Under the pieces are notes generated by a model that had not been told where the DNA came from, did no database searches, and was given only the letters and a program-made list of their open reading frames with translations. Positions 24,721-34,532 of a stretch of 64,000 bases of DNA are shown here, piece after piece. Origin of the DNA: Hyphomicrobium sp. (GTDB lineage Bacteria > Pseudomonadota > Alphaproteobacteria > Rhizobiales > Hyphomicrobiaceae); the NCBI GenBank assembly GCA_052386495.1, contig JBQTKA010000008.1:9918-73917 (forward strand). The letters are read 5' to 3'. The first letter of the stretch is position 1. Each line of letters starts with the position of its first letter. The translations under genes and the position numbers were made by a program.

Positions 24721-27700
24721 TTAGAAGGCTTCGGCGTGGGCTTTTTCGCCTTCCGCCGAGGTGAGCTTTTCAAGCGGCTTGCGGCCAAGCAGCAGGAACA
24801 GAACAGGAGTCAGGAACGCGTCGAGCAATGTTGCCGAAATGAGCCCGCCGAAGATCGTCACGGCGACGGGGTTCAAGATTTCCTTGCCCGGCTCGTCGGC
24901 GCCGATCAGCAGCGGTACGAGCGCGATGCCCGCCGCGAGCGCCGTCATCAGAACCGGCGTCAGGCGCTCGAGCGTCCCGCGCAGAATCAACTTGCGGCCA
25001 AAGGTCTCGCCCTCGAACAGAACGAGGTTGATGTAGTGGCTGATTTTCAGAATGCCGTTGCGGGTGGCGATGCCGGCAAGCGTGATAAATCCGATGGCGC
25101 TTGCCACCGAAAACGACTGTCCCGCGAGCCAGAGCGCAACGACGCTTCCAATGAGCGCCAGCGGTACATTGCCCATAATAATCAGCGCAAGCACCGCGGA
25201 TTGGTAGCGGGAATACAGCACCACGAAAATCAAACCCAAAGACACGAGCGAGAGAGCGGCGATGAGCTGAGATGCTTCCTCTTGGGCCTGAAACTGTCCC
25301 TCTAGACTTGTGAAGTATCCTTGCGGGAACTGCGCGGTCGCGATCTCACGCCGGATGTCTTCGACGATGCGTGCAAGGTCCGATCCGTCGGTATTGGCGA
25401 GCACGGCAATGCGGCGGCGGCTGTTTTCGCGAAGAATCTGGTTCGGCCCATCCGTCTCAACGACTTCAGCGACCGATTTCAGCGGAATGCGCCCGGCCGG
25501 GCTCTCGATCAGCATCTCGGCGAGCGCTGAGGTGCTGCGATCCTGGTCGCTAAGGCGCAGAACCACGTCGAAGCGCTTGGATTGGTCGACAATCTGCGAG
25601 ACCACGCGCCCGTTGGATAAGGTCTCCAGTGCTTGGGTGATATCGTTGGGATTGAGGCCGTAGCGCTTGGCTTTGTCGTAATCGACGCGCACTTGGAGTT
25701 GCGGGATGCGAACCTGCTTTTCCGTCTGAAGATCGGTAATGCCGCGTACGCCCTTGAGGCGGGTTTCAAGATCGGCCGCAAGACTGCGCAGCGTGTCGTA
25801 GTCGTCGCCGTAGATCTTGAGAGCGATCTGCGCGCGCACGCCGGAGAGCATGTGATCGAGCCTGTGCGCGATCGGCTGGCCTACGGCGATGCTGGCAGGC
25901 AGCACGGACAGCCGATCGCGGATGTCCGCAAGCACAAACTCGCGGCTGCGTTCGGATTTTTCCAGGTCGATATCGAGTTCGCTGTTGTGAACGCCCTCCG
26001 CATGCTCATCGAGTTCGGCGCGCCCTGTGCGGCGGCCGACCGTCTTCACCTCCGGCACCTCGGCCACGATCTGCTCGGCCAGACGCCCGATGCGGTCGGA
26101 TTCGGCCAGACTGATGCCAGGCTGAAGAATAACGCTGACCAGCACCGTGCCCTCGTTGAAGCTCGGCAGAAATGCACGCGGCAGCAAAGTTCCCGCCGCG
26201 ACAGCTGCCACGACCGCCAGTGCCGGAAGGCCGATGACAAATGCCGGACGATCAAAGCACCATTCGAGGCCGCGCTTCTGACAAGCCTTGAGCGTGCGCA
26301 CGAGCCACGTCTCATGCTCGGCCAGATGCTTCATGCGCGGCAACAGCCAATAGGCCAGCACCGGCGTAACCGTCATCGATACGACAAGGCTCGCCAGGAT
26401 CGACACGATGAACGCGATGCCGAGCGGAGTGAACAGGCGTCCTTCAATGCCGGACAAGGCGAAGAGCGGCAGAAAGACAAGAACGATAATTGCAGTGGCG
26501 TAGAGAATGCCCGAGCGGACCTCGATTGAGGCATCGGCAACTACCGTCTCGATGTTGCGCCGGTCGCGCCCGCCGGACGCGCGGTGCAGCCCCAATCGGC
26601 GATAGATGTTCTCGACATCGACGACTGCGTCATCGACAAGGGCTCCGATGGCGATCGCAAGGCCGCCGAGCGTCATGGTGTTGATGGAAAGGCCCATCGC
26701 CTGAAACACGATGACCGTTGTTAGGACCGAGAGCGGGATAGCAACGAGCGAAACGAACGTCGTCTGCCAGTTCAGCAGAAACGCGAACAAAACGATCGCC
26801 ACGACGATCAGCGCTTCGACCAATACCCGCTGGACGTTGGCGATCGATGTTTCGATGAACGTCGCCTGACGGAACTGGATATCGGTGACGCGCACCCCGT
26901 CAGGCATCACGCGCTGAAGTTCCGGCAACATGCGCTCGATGTGCTTGGTGATCGCCACCGTGTCGGCATTGGGCTGCTTTTGCACGGCGAGGATGACGGC
27001 AGGCTTCGCGTTGAACCCGGCCTCGCCGCGCTTGGTGCGCGCGGCGTAGGACACGTCAGCCACCTGACTTAACGAGATCGACTGACCATCGCGGTAAGCG
27101 ACGACGAGGTTATCGAGGTCCTCGATCTTTGTGGTGCGCGCGATATTGCGGATCAGATACTCGCGCGCCTTTAGATCGACAAAGCCGCCGCCCGTGTTGG
27201 ACCCGAACTGCTGAATGGCCCGCTCAATGGCGTCGAATCCGATATCGAGGCCAGCCATCCGGCGCGGATCTGGAATCACCCGGTATTGCCGCACCTCGCC
27301 GCCAATCGGAATGATTTGCGAGACGCCGGCGACGGTCAGAAGTTGTGGTCTCACGGTGAAGTCGGCGATTTCTCGCAATGTCATGGGATCGGCTGTTTCG
27401 CTCGACATCGCGATCAGCATGATCTCGCCCATGATCGAGGAGATCGGTCCCATCTGCGGGGAGACGTTTCGTGGCAATTGCTCACGCACTAATTGCAGGC
27501 GTTCAGCCACTTGCTGGCGGGCGCGGTAGATTTCTGTCGACCAGTCGAACTCGATGTAGACGATTGAAAGCCCAACGCCCGAAACGGAGCGGACGCGGGT
27601 GACGCCCGGCATTCCGTTCATGGCGGTTTCGACCGGGAACGTGACGAGCAACTCGACCTCTTCCGGCGCCAACCCTTCTGCCTCTGTGATCAGAGTGACG

Positions 27701-27837
27701 GTTGGCCGGTTGAGATCTGGAAACACGTCGACCGGGAGTGCGCGCAGCGTCATCAGTCCGTAAATCATGATGGCGATGCCGCCAATCAGAACGAACAGGC
27801 GGTTGGCAAGGCTGGCGCGGACGATGGCATTGAACAT
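24721..27837 (-). CDS. Heavy-metal RND efflux pump, CzcA/CusA family (1038 aa), second copy
   Basis: [20 protein letters not shown]...[14 protein letters not shown]-terminus, [21 protein letters not shown] motif, 12-TM layout. Confidence 0.95.
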   Translation of the reverse strand: MFNAIVRASLANRLFVLIGGIAIMIYGLMTLRALPVDVFPDLNRPTVTLITEAEGLAPEEVELLVTFPVETAMNGMPGVTRVRSVSGVGLSIVYIEFDWSTEIYRARQQVAERLQLVREQLPRNVSPQMGPISSIMGEIMLIAMSSETADPMTLREIADFTVRPQLLTVAGVSQIIPIGGEVRQYRVIPDPRRMAGLDIGFDAIERAIQQFGSNTGGGFVDLKAREYLIRNIARTTKIEDLDNLVVAYRDGQSISLSQVADVSYAARTKRGEAGFNAKPAVILAVQKQPNADTVAITKHIERMLPELQRVMPDGVRVTDIQFRQATFIETSIANVQRVLVEALIVVAIVLFAFLLNWQTTFVSLVAIPLSVLTTVIVFQAMGLSINTMTLGGLAIAIGALVDDAVVDVENIYRRLGLHRASGGRDRRNIETVVADASIEVRSGILYATAIIVLVFLPLFALSGIEGRLFTPLGIAFIVSILASLVVSMTVTPVLAYWLLPRMKHLAEHETWLVRTLKACQKRGLEWCFDRPAFVIGLPALAVVAAVAAGTLLPRAFLPSFNEGTVLVSVILQPGISLAESDRIGRLAEQIVAEVPEVKTVGRRTGRAELDEHAEGVHNSELDIDLEKSERSREFVLADIRDRLSVLPASIAVGQPIAHRLDHMLSGVRAQIALKIYGDDYDTLRSLAADLETRLKGVRGITDLQTEKQVRIPQLQVRVDYDKAKRYGLNPNDITQALETLSNGRVVSQIVDQSKRFDVVLRLSDQDRSTSALAEMLIESPAGRIPLKSVAEVVETDGPNQILRENSRRRIAVLANTDGSDLARIVEDIRREIATAQFPQGYFTSLEGQFQAQEEASQLIAALSLVSLGLIFVVLYSRYQSAVLALIIMGNVPLALIGSVVALWLAGQSFSVASAIGFITLAGIATRNGILKISHYINLVLFEGETFGRKLILRGTLERLTPVLMTALAAGIALVPLLIGADEPGKEILNPVAVTIFGGLISATLLDAFLTPVLFLLLGRKPLEKLTSAEGEKAHAEAF

Positions 27838-27849
27838 CTGCGCGCCTGC

Positions 27850-29580
27850 CTATCTGATCTGGTTGATGAGTTCGGCCGCGCCGATCACAACGCGGTTGCC
27901 GGGTGCGACGCCTGCGACGACGAGCGTTCGCCCACCATCGAGCGGCATTGTCCGCACTTCGACCGGACGGAATCGCTCCGGACTTTGCTTCACCCAGACC
28001 TGAGGCAGACCGTTTGTGCCACGCACAACAGCCGACTCAAGAACCGCGATCCCTTTGGCGGATTGCGGGGTTTGCACGAGGACTTTGAGCGGCGCGCCAA
28101 TTGGCAAATCCTGGTGGGCGTCAACAAGACGGAACAGGGATGGCCTGGCCTGCTGACGCAACGCTGGCGAGCGGCCGACATAGGTCAACTTAAATATATG
28201 TCCCTCCGAATCGCGCGCCTCGGCGGAATCAATTTCGCCCTCTCCGTGCGTATCGCTGCCGATGGCCTCGACCCAGAGCTTCTCAGGATCGACGATCTCA
28301 AATAGCGTGTCGCGGGCATTGACCACTTGCCCTGCGCGCACATTGGCGACTGAAATGACGCCGCTGACCGGCGCTTTGAGCGCGACCTTTTCCGTATCCT
28401 TTGGGGCGAGGACGCGCTTTTGTTCGCGCAGTGCGGCAAGCTCGGCTTTGGTGTCATCGATCTGGCTTCTTGCGACGACGCTGGCGATTTGACTTAACCG
28501 GTTCAACTTCTGCTCGGCTATGATCAGCTTTCCCTCAACTTCGGCGCGGAGCTGCTGCATCGTGCCGAGGTCGGCAACTGGAATTGAGGGAGCCAGCAGC
28601 GCCAGCACCTCGCCGGCTTCGACCTTTTGTCCGGCGTAGGAAATACCGCGCTCGCTCACCTCGATCTGGCCATCCATCGGCGCCTGGACTTGCCCGAATG
28701 ATGAGGGGTCGGGCACCACCGTGCCGATCAGCTCGCGAACGCGCGATGTCGTTGTCTCAGTGGCAGGCTCAGTCCGCACTTGCAGCAGACGTTGCGTCGG
28801 CTTTGGCACGTAGACGCTGCCATCGGGCAGTTTTCGCGGCGTTTTTCCCGAAGCTGCAGTGGGCGCCGCCTTATGCCCGCCGTCTCCATGATCGTGTCCG
28901 GGCCCTGCCATACCAGGCGCCGTGATCGCGGCGCTGAGGATCAGCGCAAGCAAGATCATCTCGGCCGCTGCGCGGAATGGCCGGGCTCGAGGGCGAGGCA
29001 ATTCGGATTGCTCCACCGATGGGGCATCGTCTTCCATTGGATGACGTCGTCTGCGAATCGCCAATGCCAAAAAGAAACCGAGCGCCAGACCGCCAACAAT
29101 CAGACCCCACACGTCGCGGCGCGCTAAAATGTCAACCAGCGCGACTGGCTGAATCGGCGTGTTCGCTTCAGGTGACGCGACCGCCCAAGTGCCGTTGAGG
29201 AGATCGGCGTCTTTCCCGGCCGTCACCGTGAAGATGAGGGCATACGTTCCTGGCGTATCGACCCACTCCGCTTCCAGCTCGTACGTACCAGGAGCACTCT
29301 GCTTTGTTTCGATTGTTTGGATGCCATCGCCGGAAACCTCGATCAGTGCCCGATCGATTGGTTCGTTCGTGGCTGTGCGATCGAGGTAGAGGACAAGCTT
29401 GTGCCCCTCCGACGTTGCGACCAGCTCCATGTCAGAACCGACGCTCTCGAGACGGGGAGTTGAGGTCGACGCGGTCGCCGGGCCGGCATCGTGGTCGTGA
29501 CCGCCGTCATGGCCGGGACCTGCCAAAGCCGCGCCGGCGAGCAGCAGCGCCATTAAGTATGCAGTGAGGATGCGAACCAT
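27850..29580 (-). CDS. RND periplasmic adaptor (CzcB/CusB family) with long His-rich N-terminal extension
   Basis: The C-terminal ~330 aa are HlyD-like (coiled coil QQLRAEVEGKLIIAEQKLNRL, beta-barrel). The N-terminal ~240 aa carry a signal peptide, GPGHDGGHDHD, an Ig-like stretch, a TM helix, a second hydrophobic segment and GPGHDHGDGGH. Start taken at ATG 29580 (MVRILTAYLMALLLAG). Confidence 0.85.
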   Translation of the reverse strand: MVRILTAYLMALLLAGAALAGPGHDGGHDHDAGPATASTSTPRLESVGSDMELVATSEGHKLVLYLDRTATNEPIDRALIEVSGDGIQTIETKQSAPGTYELEAEWVDTPGTYALIFTVTAGKDADLLNGTWAVASPEANTPIQPVALVDILARRDVWGLIVGGLALGFFLALAIRRRRHPMEDDAPSVEQSELPRPRARPFRAAAEMILLALILSAAITAPGMAGPGHDHGDGGHKAAPTAASGKTPRKLPDGSVYVPKPTQRLLQVRTEPATETTTSRVRELIGTVVPDPSSFGQVQAPMDGQIEVSERGISYAGQKVEAGEVLALLAPSIPVADLGTMQQLRAEVEGKLIIAEQKLNRLSQIASVVARSQIDDTKAELAALREQKRVLAPKDTEKVALKAPVSGVISVANVRAGQVVNARDTLFEIVDPEKLWVEAIGSDTHGEGEIDSAEARDSEGHIFKLTYVGRSPALRQQARPSLFRLVDAHQDLPIGAPLKVLVQTPQSAKGIAVLESAVVRGTNGLPQVWVKQSPERFRPVEVRTMPLDGGRTLVVAGVAPGNRVVIGAAELINQIR

Positions 29581-29760
29581 GTGTCGAGCCAATCCGCTTG
29601 AGAAAATCTCTGGCTCGGACGAATGGATTGTCGCGCTTATCGGATCACCGTCGATGGCGCACGCCGACGGGCGTGCAGATCGACAATTGATGGCGCGAAA
29701 AATCCTGCCGAAGACCAGCAATACGGAGCGCAAACCCGGTCAGGGCGCTCCCATGGTCTC

Positions 29761-30198
29761 TCAGGCGGCAGAACGGGGCGGACGCAACAACGGATAAAGC
29801 ATCGATCCGGTGCGTACAGCCGACGATAGTACCGGCTGGTCGAGCAGACCTACGGAAAGTAATTTCGGTGCAGCGTCAGCGGGCGCAACAGCCGCAAACG
29901 AGCCGCAGCACTGGACATGAAAATGAATTTCTTCGCCGTCAGCATGGTTACTTGAATCGCAATCAGATGCACCACACGTGCTCGCGGCATCGCCTGAAAT
30001 CAAAGCGGTTGCATCTTCCGCGTGGTCATCGTGGTCGTGCGCATGACCATGCTGTTGCTGACTGGCGAGCATCGCGACTTCCATGCCGAATCCATCGTAT
30101 GCGTCATGCGCATGAACAACGACGGTCTGCGCAAGGCCGTGGCCCAAGAGGGCTACGGACGCAAAAACTGCGACCATGAATCGTGCGAGTCGGCTCAT
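29761..30198 (-). CDS. His/Asp/Cys-rich secreted protein (145 aa), possible CzcI/DUF2946-like metal-operon leader protein
   Basis: Signal peptide, HAHDAYDG, HGHAHDHDDHAED, CGASDCDSSNH, C-terminal LLRPPR. First gene of the minus-strand metal operon. Confidence 0.55.
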   Translation of the reverse strand: MSRLARFMVAVFASVALLGHGLAQTVVVHAHDAYDGFGMEVAMLASQQQHGHAHDHDDHAEDATALISGDAASTCGASDCDSSNHADGEEIHFHVQCCGSFAAVAPADAAPKLLSVGLLDQPVLSSAVRTGSMLYPLLRPPRSAA

Positions 30199-30508
30199 AG
30201 ATATCCATTAACTCGTATCGCTGCGCTGCGCAACGGCGGAACCTGACGATGGTCCGGGTCAACATGTTGCCACCATTGCATCGAAGTAATCCGGCCACAT
30301 AATTGATGCAACCGAACCGGCAGCTTTCCTAACTAAATTGGCAGATTTCCATCGCGCTCGACTCATTCTTGGCTACTCAGCGGCCAACTCTAGCTCTGGA
30401 GCATCGATCTGCCCAAGCGTGACTCTTCGCGGATTTTGGTTGCGTACGCCACAGCGCGATGGGCAGACCAGCTAAACTTTTACCATAGCAGTTCCATACG
30501 CCGCACGC

Positions 30509-30736
30509 TTAGCGGCGGCCGGAACCCTTCACATCATCGAACAGCGCACCCGCCGGCACCTTCAGCGCCTTGGCGATCTTGTCGAGAATAACCACCGTCG
30601 GATTTCGCACGCCGCGCTCGATGCCGCTGATGTAGGTCCGGTGCAGGCCGCAGTGGTCGGCAAAGGTCTCCTGCGAGAAGCCTTGATCCTCCCGCAGCTT
30701 CTTCAAGTTCAGCCCTAACCGGCGGCGCACGTCCAT
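30509..30736 (-). CDS. XRE-family helix-turn-helix transcriptional regulator (75 aa)
   Basis: LKKLREDQGFSQETFADHCGLHRTYISGIERGVRNPTV is a canonical HTH_XRE. Confidence 0.85.
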   Translation of the reverse strand: MDVRRRLGLNLKKLREDQGFSQETFADHCGLHRTYISGIERGVRNPTVVILDKIAKALKVPAGALFDDVKGSGRR

Positions 30737-30763
30737 CGGCTAAGGGTTTGGACACCTTAGCCG
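30737..30763. promoter_or_regulatory. Perfect 9-bp inverted repeat CGGCTAAGG-N9-CCTTAGCCG abutting the XRE start codon
   Basis: Arms at 30737-30745 and 30755-30763. It lies in the 121-bp divergent region between the XRE and Mrr-like genes. Confidence 0.4.
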
Positions 30764-30857
30764 ATTGATCTACAGACGATGAGTATCATTTTGCTGGACT
30801 TCATAGCCAATCGAAGCGATTTGGCAGTCCCGCAAGTGATACTTATGAGTCTCAGTC

Positions 30858-31796
30858 ATGGTTCCAACATCCCCAATCGCCCCCGCCACCGTCCGCTACA
30901 TCAAGCTCGGGGCCGGTGGCGTCTTCGCCCCGGCCTGTCTTGAGCGCGATGAAATTCATCTGAGCTACAAGGAATTGCCACACGAGCTGTGTGTTGCAGG
31001 CGACTGGGATCGCGTCGTGGATTGGTTTGTGCAGAGGGGCCGCAAACTGGGCAAGGCACGGGACGCAACGCGTGAAATCCGCGACTTCTACACGCTGGGC
31101 TCAGACTGCCTTTGGATCACCTTCTCGGACGGCTATCTGTGGTGGGCCTTCGCCGAGGATGAGGTCACCTGGCGAGGCACAGACGATCCGATGCTCGGTC
31201 CAAGATCACGGTCCACGATCGGTGCGTGGCGGAATACGTCAATCGGCGGCCGCCCGCTTCGTACGCAAAGCCTAACCAGCAAACTGACACAGGTTGGCAA
31301 CTATCGGCAGACCATCTGTCAGGTCGGCCATGACGCCTATCTACTTCGGAAGATCAACGACACGTCTGAACCAATTGTCGCCGAAGCCGAGGCGGCGCGG
31401 AAGATGCTGATTGACGTCGCGACCCGCATGATTGGGGAACTGCACTGGGCCGATTTCGAAGTGCTCGCAGACTTGATCCTCGCAAGGGGTGGCTGGCAGC
31501 GCGTCTCGGTTCTTGGCGAGACGATGGCTGATATCGACATGCTCATTGAGCAGCCAACCTTGGGCGAACGCGCCACGGTTCAGGTGAAGTCTCGCGCCAA
31601 TCAAAGCGTTCTCGACGAACACATTCGCCACTTCCAGCGATCGGGCGAGACGCGAACGTTCTTCATCTGTCATTCGCCAGACGGCAAATTGTCAATGAAC
31701 GCAACAGCAGGCGTGCATGTATGGGCGGGATCAGAGCTCGCAGCTGTCGCCGTCAAATCAGGGCTATTCGAGTGGCTGATGGATCGCGTGGGGTAA
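30858..31796 (+). CDS. Mrr-like (PD-(D/E)xK) restriction endonuclease domain protein with uncharacterised N-terminal domain
   Basis: C-terminal WADFEVLADLILARGGWQRV...DIDMLIEQP...ATVQVKSRAN matches the Mrr catalytic-domain pattern (D ... QxK). I do not recognise the N-terminal ~190 aa. Confidence 0.7.
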   Translation: MVPTSPIAPATVRYIKLGAGGVFAPACLERDEIHLSYKELPHELCVAGDWDRVVDWFVQRGRKLGKARDATREIRDFYTLGSDCLWITFSDGYLWWAFAEDEVTWRGTDDPMLGPRSRSTIGAWRNTSIGGRPLRTQSLTSKLTQVGNYRQTICQVGHDAYLLRKINDTSEPIVAEAEAARKMLIDVATRMIGELHWADFEVLADLILARGGWQRVSVLGETMADIDMLIEQPTLGERATVQVKSRANQSVLDEHIRHFQRSGETRTFFICHSPDGKLSMNATAGVHVWAGSELAAVAVKSGLFEWLMDRVG

Positions 31797-31938
31797 CGTG
31801 CAGCCTTGAGCGCGAACCGCAATACGATCAGCACTGTGCTCGATTTGTGCGATCAGATTTCGTCTCAGACTGGCGTTATCAGCGTCATCGCAAGCGATCG
31901 CAGTTGAAGCGTTATCGAGCCGTGGCGCCAAACACGCG

Positions 31939-32361
31939 CTAATAATCATCATCAAGCTGGCCCGGCGGATCATCCTTCGGCGAATACCGCGCTTCCCACT
32001 CCTCTCGGGTCAAAGCCTCTGGAATGACGATGTAGCAGATCGGCTGATCTGGAGCCTGCTGGGTACCGTGGCGCGCGAAGCATTTCATGTAAAGCGTCGT
32101 CGCAGCAGCGTGCCCGCTCGCTGTGAGTTGCTTGAGCGTCATGATGATGACCTCAAGCGTCGTGTAGCGAACGCGGACGCCCTTCGGCTGCCCTGACAGC
32201 CGCTGCATCTCGCCAAGCACCCGGGCTGCGATGGACCGTTGTCCGGCCGTCTTCGGCGGTCGTCCACCCGGATTGCCCGACTGACCCTTCTTGAACTGCG
32301 ATGCTTTGGGCGGCTGGCGATAGCCGACCGCTTCGTCATCATTTCTGTTTTTTTCGTCCAC
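31939..32361 (-). CDS. DUF5681-like phage/plasmid-associated protein
   Basis: KKGQSGNPGGRPPK motif. Start taken at GTG 32361 (VDEKNRND...). The longer ORF-track version overlaps the upstream gene extensively. Confidence 0.55.
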   Translation of the reverse strand: MDEKNRNDDEAVGYRQPPKASQFKKGQSGNPGGRPPKTAGQRSIAARVLGEMQRLSGQPKGVRVRYTTLEVIIMTLKQLTASGHAAATTLYMKCFARHGTQQAPDQPICYIVIPEALTREEWEARYSPKDDPPGQLDDDY

Positions 32362-32824
32362 TGAAGCACTCCAAAAATCGTTCAAAGCTGACAACCGAAA
32401 GCACGTACCACCAGATCGACGACATCGACGTTTTCTGTCCGGAACCGTAATCCGGGTCGTCGAAGATCTTTCGCTGGAGGTCTTCGGGCAGCTCCTTCGG
32501 CACAACAAAAATGCCGCCCACCGCTTTCTTAGGCGGCTCTTTGATGAGCTTGTGCCTCTCGGCTTCGTCGAGCACCCGTTTCATCGAGGTGACGCATTTG
32601 CCGACCAGTGACTTGCGCACATTCTGGCGCAGCATCGCTTCATACGGATCGACGGACGTGATGCCGCCGTCGCGCTTGATGCGAACGGGGCCTTCCAACG
32701 CCGCGCGAATGTCGATCTGATGGTCCGCTTTGGCCTTCGGCTTTTTCTTCGACGCGCGTCGACCATCGACGTCCTTCGCTGCGCCGTCATTGATCGGTCT
32801 GGATCCCTTTTTTTCGTTGCTCAT
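32339..32824 (-). CDS. Hypothetical basic protein (161 aa), phage-like module
   Basis: ATGA-type overlap with the methyltransferase stop (32821-32824). Lys/Arg-rich N-terminus. Confidence 0.5.
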   Translation of the reverse strand: MSNEKKGSRPINDGAAKDVDGRRASKKKPKAKADHQIDIRAALEGPVRIKRDGGITSVDPYEAMLRQNVRKSLVGKCVTSMKRVLDEAERHKLIKEPPKKAVGGIFVVPKELPEDLQRKIFDDPDYGSGQKTSMSSIWWYVLSVVSFERFLECFSGRKKQK

Positions 32825-34188
32825 TCGGCGGCCTCCGCTGCTGCGGGCTGGGCGTCCTGAGCCTCGCCATGGTCGACGTCCCCTGCGTCACCGCGCTCGG
32901 CGGCGACGGCCGCAAACGGTTGGCCCGTTGTGACGAGAATGGCGTCAAGCTTGGCGATGCTAGCCAAGCGGCGAAGAATGACATCGCAGTAGAGCGGGTC
33001 GAGTTCGATGCCGTAGCCGTGTCGGCCGGTCTTGTGCGCCGCTACCAGCGTCGTGCCAGAACCCGCGAAGGCATCCAGCACAATGCCCTTGCGCTTCGAG
33101 CAATCGAGGATCGCGTCGATAACGAGCGCGACCGGTTTGACGGTCGGATGTGCTGCAAGGTCGTCATCGCGGGTCGCGCTGAACGCGTTGGCGCCGGCGT
33201 ACCGCCAGACGTTCGTGCGGTAGCGGCCGTGCTTGCCGAGCTCGACGTTATTGATGTGCGGCGCGGTTCCCGCCTTAAACACGAAGAAAAGCTCGTGCTG
33301 GGACCGGTACAGCGAGCCCATGCCGCCGTTGGTCTTCGACCAGACGCAGAGGTTCTTGAACGCAGCATAGGTGCCGTCCGCGGCCGTCATGACCTCGGCG
33401 ATGTGGCGCCAGTCCATCGCGACGAAATGAATCGAGCCGTCGACTGAGGCTCCGACCAGGTTCGCAAAGACGAGTTTCAAAAAGCCGGCGAACTCGGCCT
33501 CGGTCATTTCGCCGGAGGCCATCGCGAACTCGCGATGCTTGACCTTGCCGAGGCCGCTGACGTGGCCATCGATGCGCACGTTGTAAGGCGGGTCGGTAAA
33601 GACCATCTGCGCGGCCTCGCCATTGAGCAGCTGCGCATAGGTCTCCGGCTTGGTCGAGTCACCGCAGATCAAACGATGCGGACCGATCTGCCAGATGTCG
33701 CCCAACCGCGTGACGGCCGGGCCGGTGACGTCAGGAACCGCATCAGCCGGATCGGCTTTCTCCGGCTTCTCGTCGATGCCGGCGATCAACACGTCGATCT
33801 CGGGCATCTCAAAGCCGGTGGCCGAGATGTCGAAGTCGAGTTCGAACTCCATCAAGTTCTGCAACTCGATGGCGAGGATCTCGCGATCCCAGCCGGCCTT
33901 CTCGGCAAGCTTGTTGTCGGCAAGAACGTAAGCGCGCTTCTGCGCGTCCGAGAGATGCTCGAGCCGGATTGTCGGCACAGTTGCAAGGCCGAGCAGTTTC
34001 GCCGCTTCGACGCGACCGTGGCCGGCGACGATGCCGTTGTCCTTATCAATCAGGACCGGATTGTTGAATCCGAACGCCTTGATGCTCGACGCGATCTCGG
34101 CGATCTGCTTTGGGCTGTGGGTGCGCGCGTTGCGGGAGTAGGGCACTAGCTCGCTAGTCGTTTTCGGAATGATCTGAAGGTCAGCCAT
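32821..34188 (-). CDS. ParB-like N-terminal domain fused to a beta-class N6/N4 DNA methyltransferase
   Basis: ParB/Srx-like N-terminus (LVPYSRNARTHSPKQIAEIASSIKAFGFNNPVLID...GHGR). Motif IV FTDPPYN precedes motif I LDAFAGSGTT. Start taken at ATG 34188 (MADLQIIPK). Confidence 0.9.
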   Translation of the reverse strand: MADLQIIPKTTSELVPYSRNARTHSPKQIAEIASSIKAFGFNNPVLIDKDNGIVAGHGRVEAAKLLGLATVPTIRLEHLSDAQKRAYVLADNKLAEKAGWDREILAIELQNLMEFELDFDISATGFEMPEIDVLIAGIDEKPEKADPADAVPDVTGPAVTRLGDIWQIGPHRLICGDSTKPETYAQLLNGEAAQMVFTDPPYNVRIDGHVSGLGKVKHREFAMASGEMTEAEFAGFLKLVFANLVGASVDGSIHFVAMDWRHIAEVMTAADGTYAAFKNLCVWSKTNGGMGSLYRSQHELFFVFKAGTAPHINNVELGKHGRYRTNVWRYAGANAFSATRDDDLAAHPTVKPVALVIDAILDCSKRKGIVLDAFAGSGTTLVAAHKTGRHGYGIELDPLYCDVILRRLASIAKLDAILVTTGQPFAAVAAERGDAGDVDHGEAQDAQPAAAEAAE

Positions 34189-34532
34189 GACAGGCTCCGT
34201 ATGATAGGGAGCCCGCACAAAAAAATTGGCGCGACTCCTCGATGAACCTTCGAAGCCTGCGCACATGCGCCAACTTCGAACCCATCGGGCGTCACGCCCT
34301 CACTTTGGAGCTACTTCGCCGACTGACGCACATGCGGCCGGGCCTTCGACAACGTCCACATGGACGCTCTCCGGTCCCACCTTCGCCTCGCTCCAGGCAA
34401 AAAGAACATAGGCGGAACCGGCCTCGAAGGCAAGGCCAGAACCCGTAAAAAGGCTGGTTTATTAATGAGTTGCCTTTTGCTTCCAAGGACCATGGGGGAG
34501 CGATCACTGCAGGAAACGTCAGGCGCGTGGGT

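Noticed and set aside
24550-26529. + strand ORFs of 251 aa and 298 aa inside the second czcA gene
   Set aside because: They are antisense to a clearly recognisable CzcA-family pump and have a low-complexity Arg/Gly/Asp composition.
32821-34188. The ParB-methyltransferase as the missing methylase of the DISARM-like operon
   Set aside because: It is 23 kb away on the opposite strand and separated by two metal islands, a two-component system and eptA. It also sits in its own phage-like three-gene unit. A functional link is not supported by position and can only be tested experimentally.
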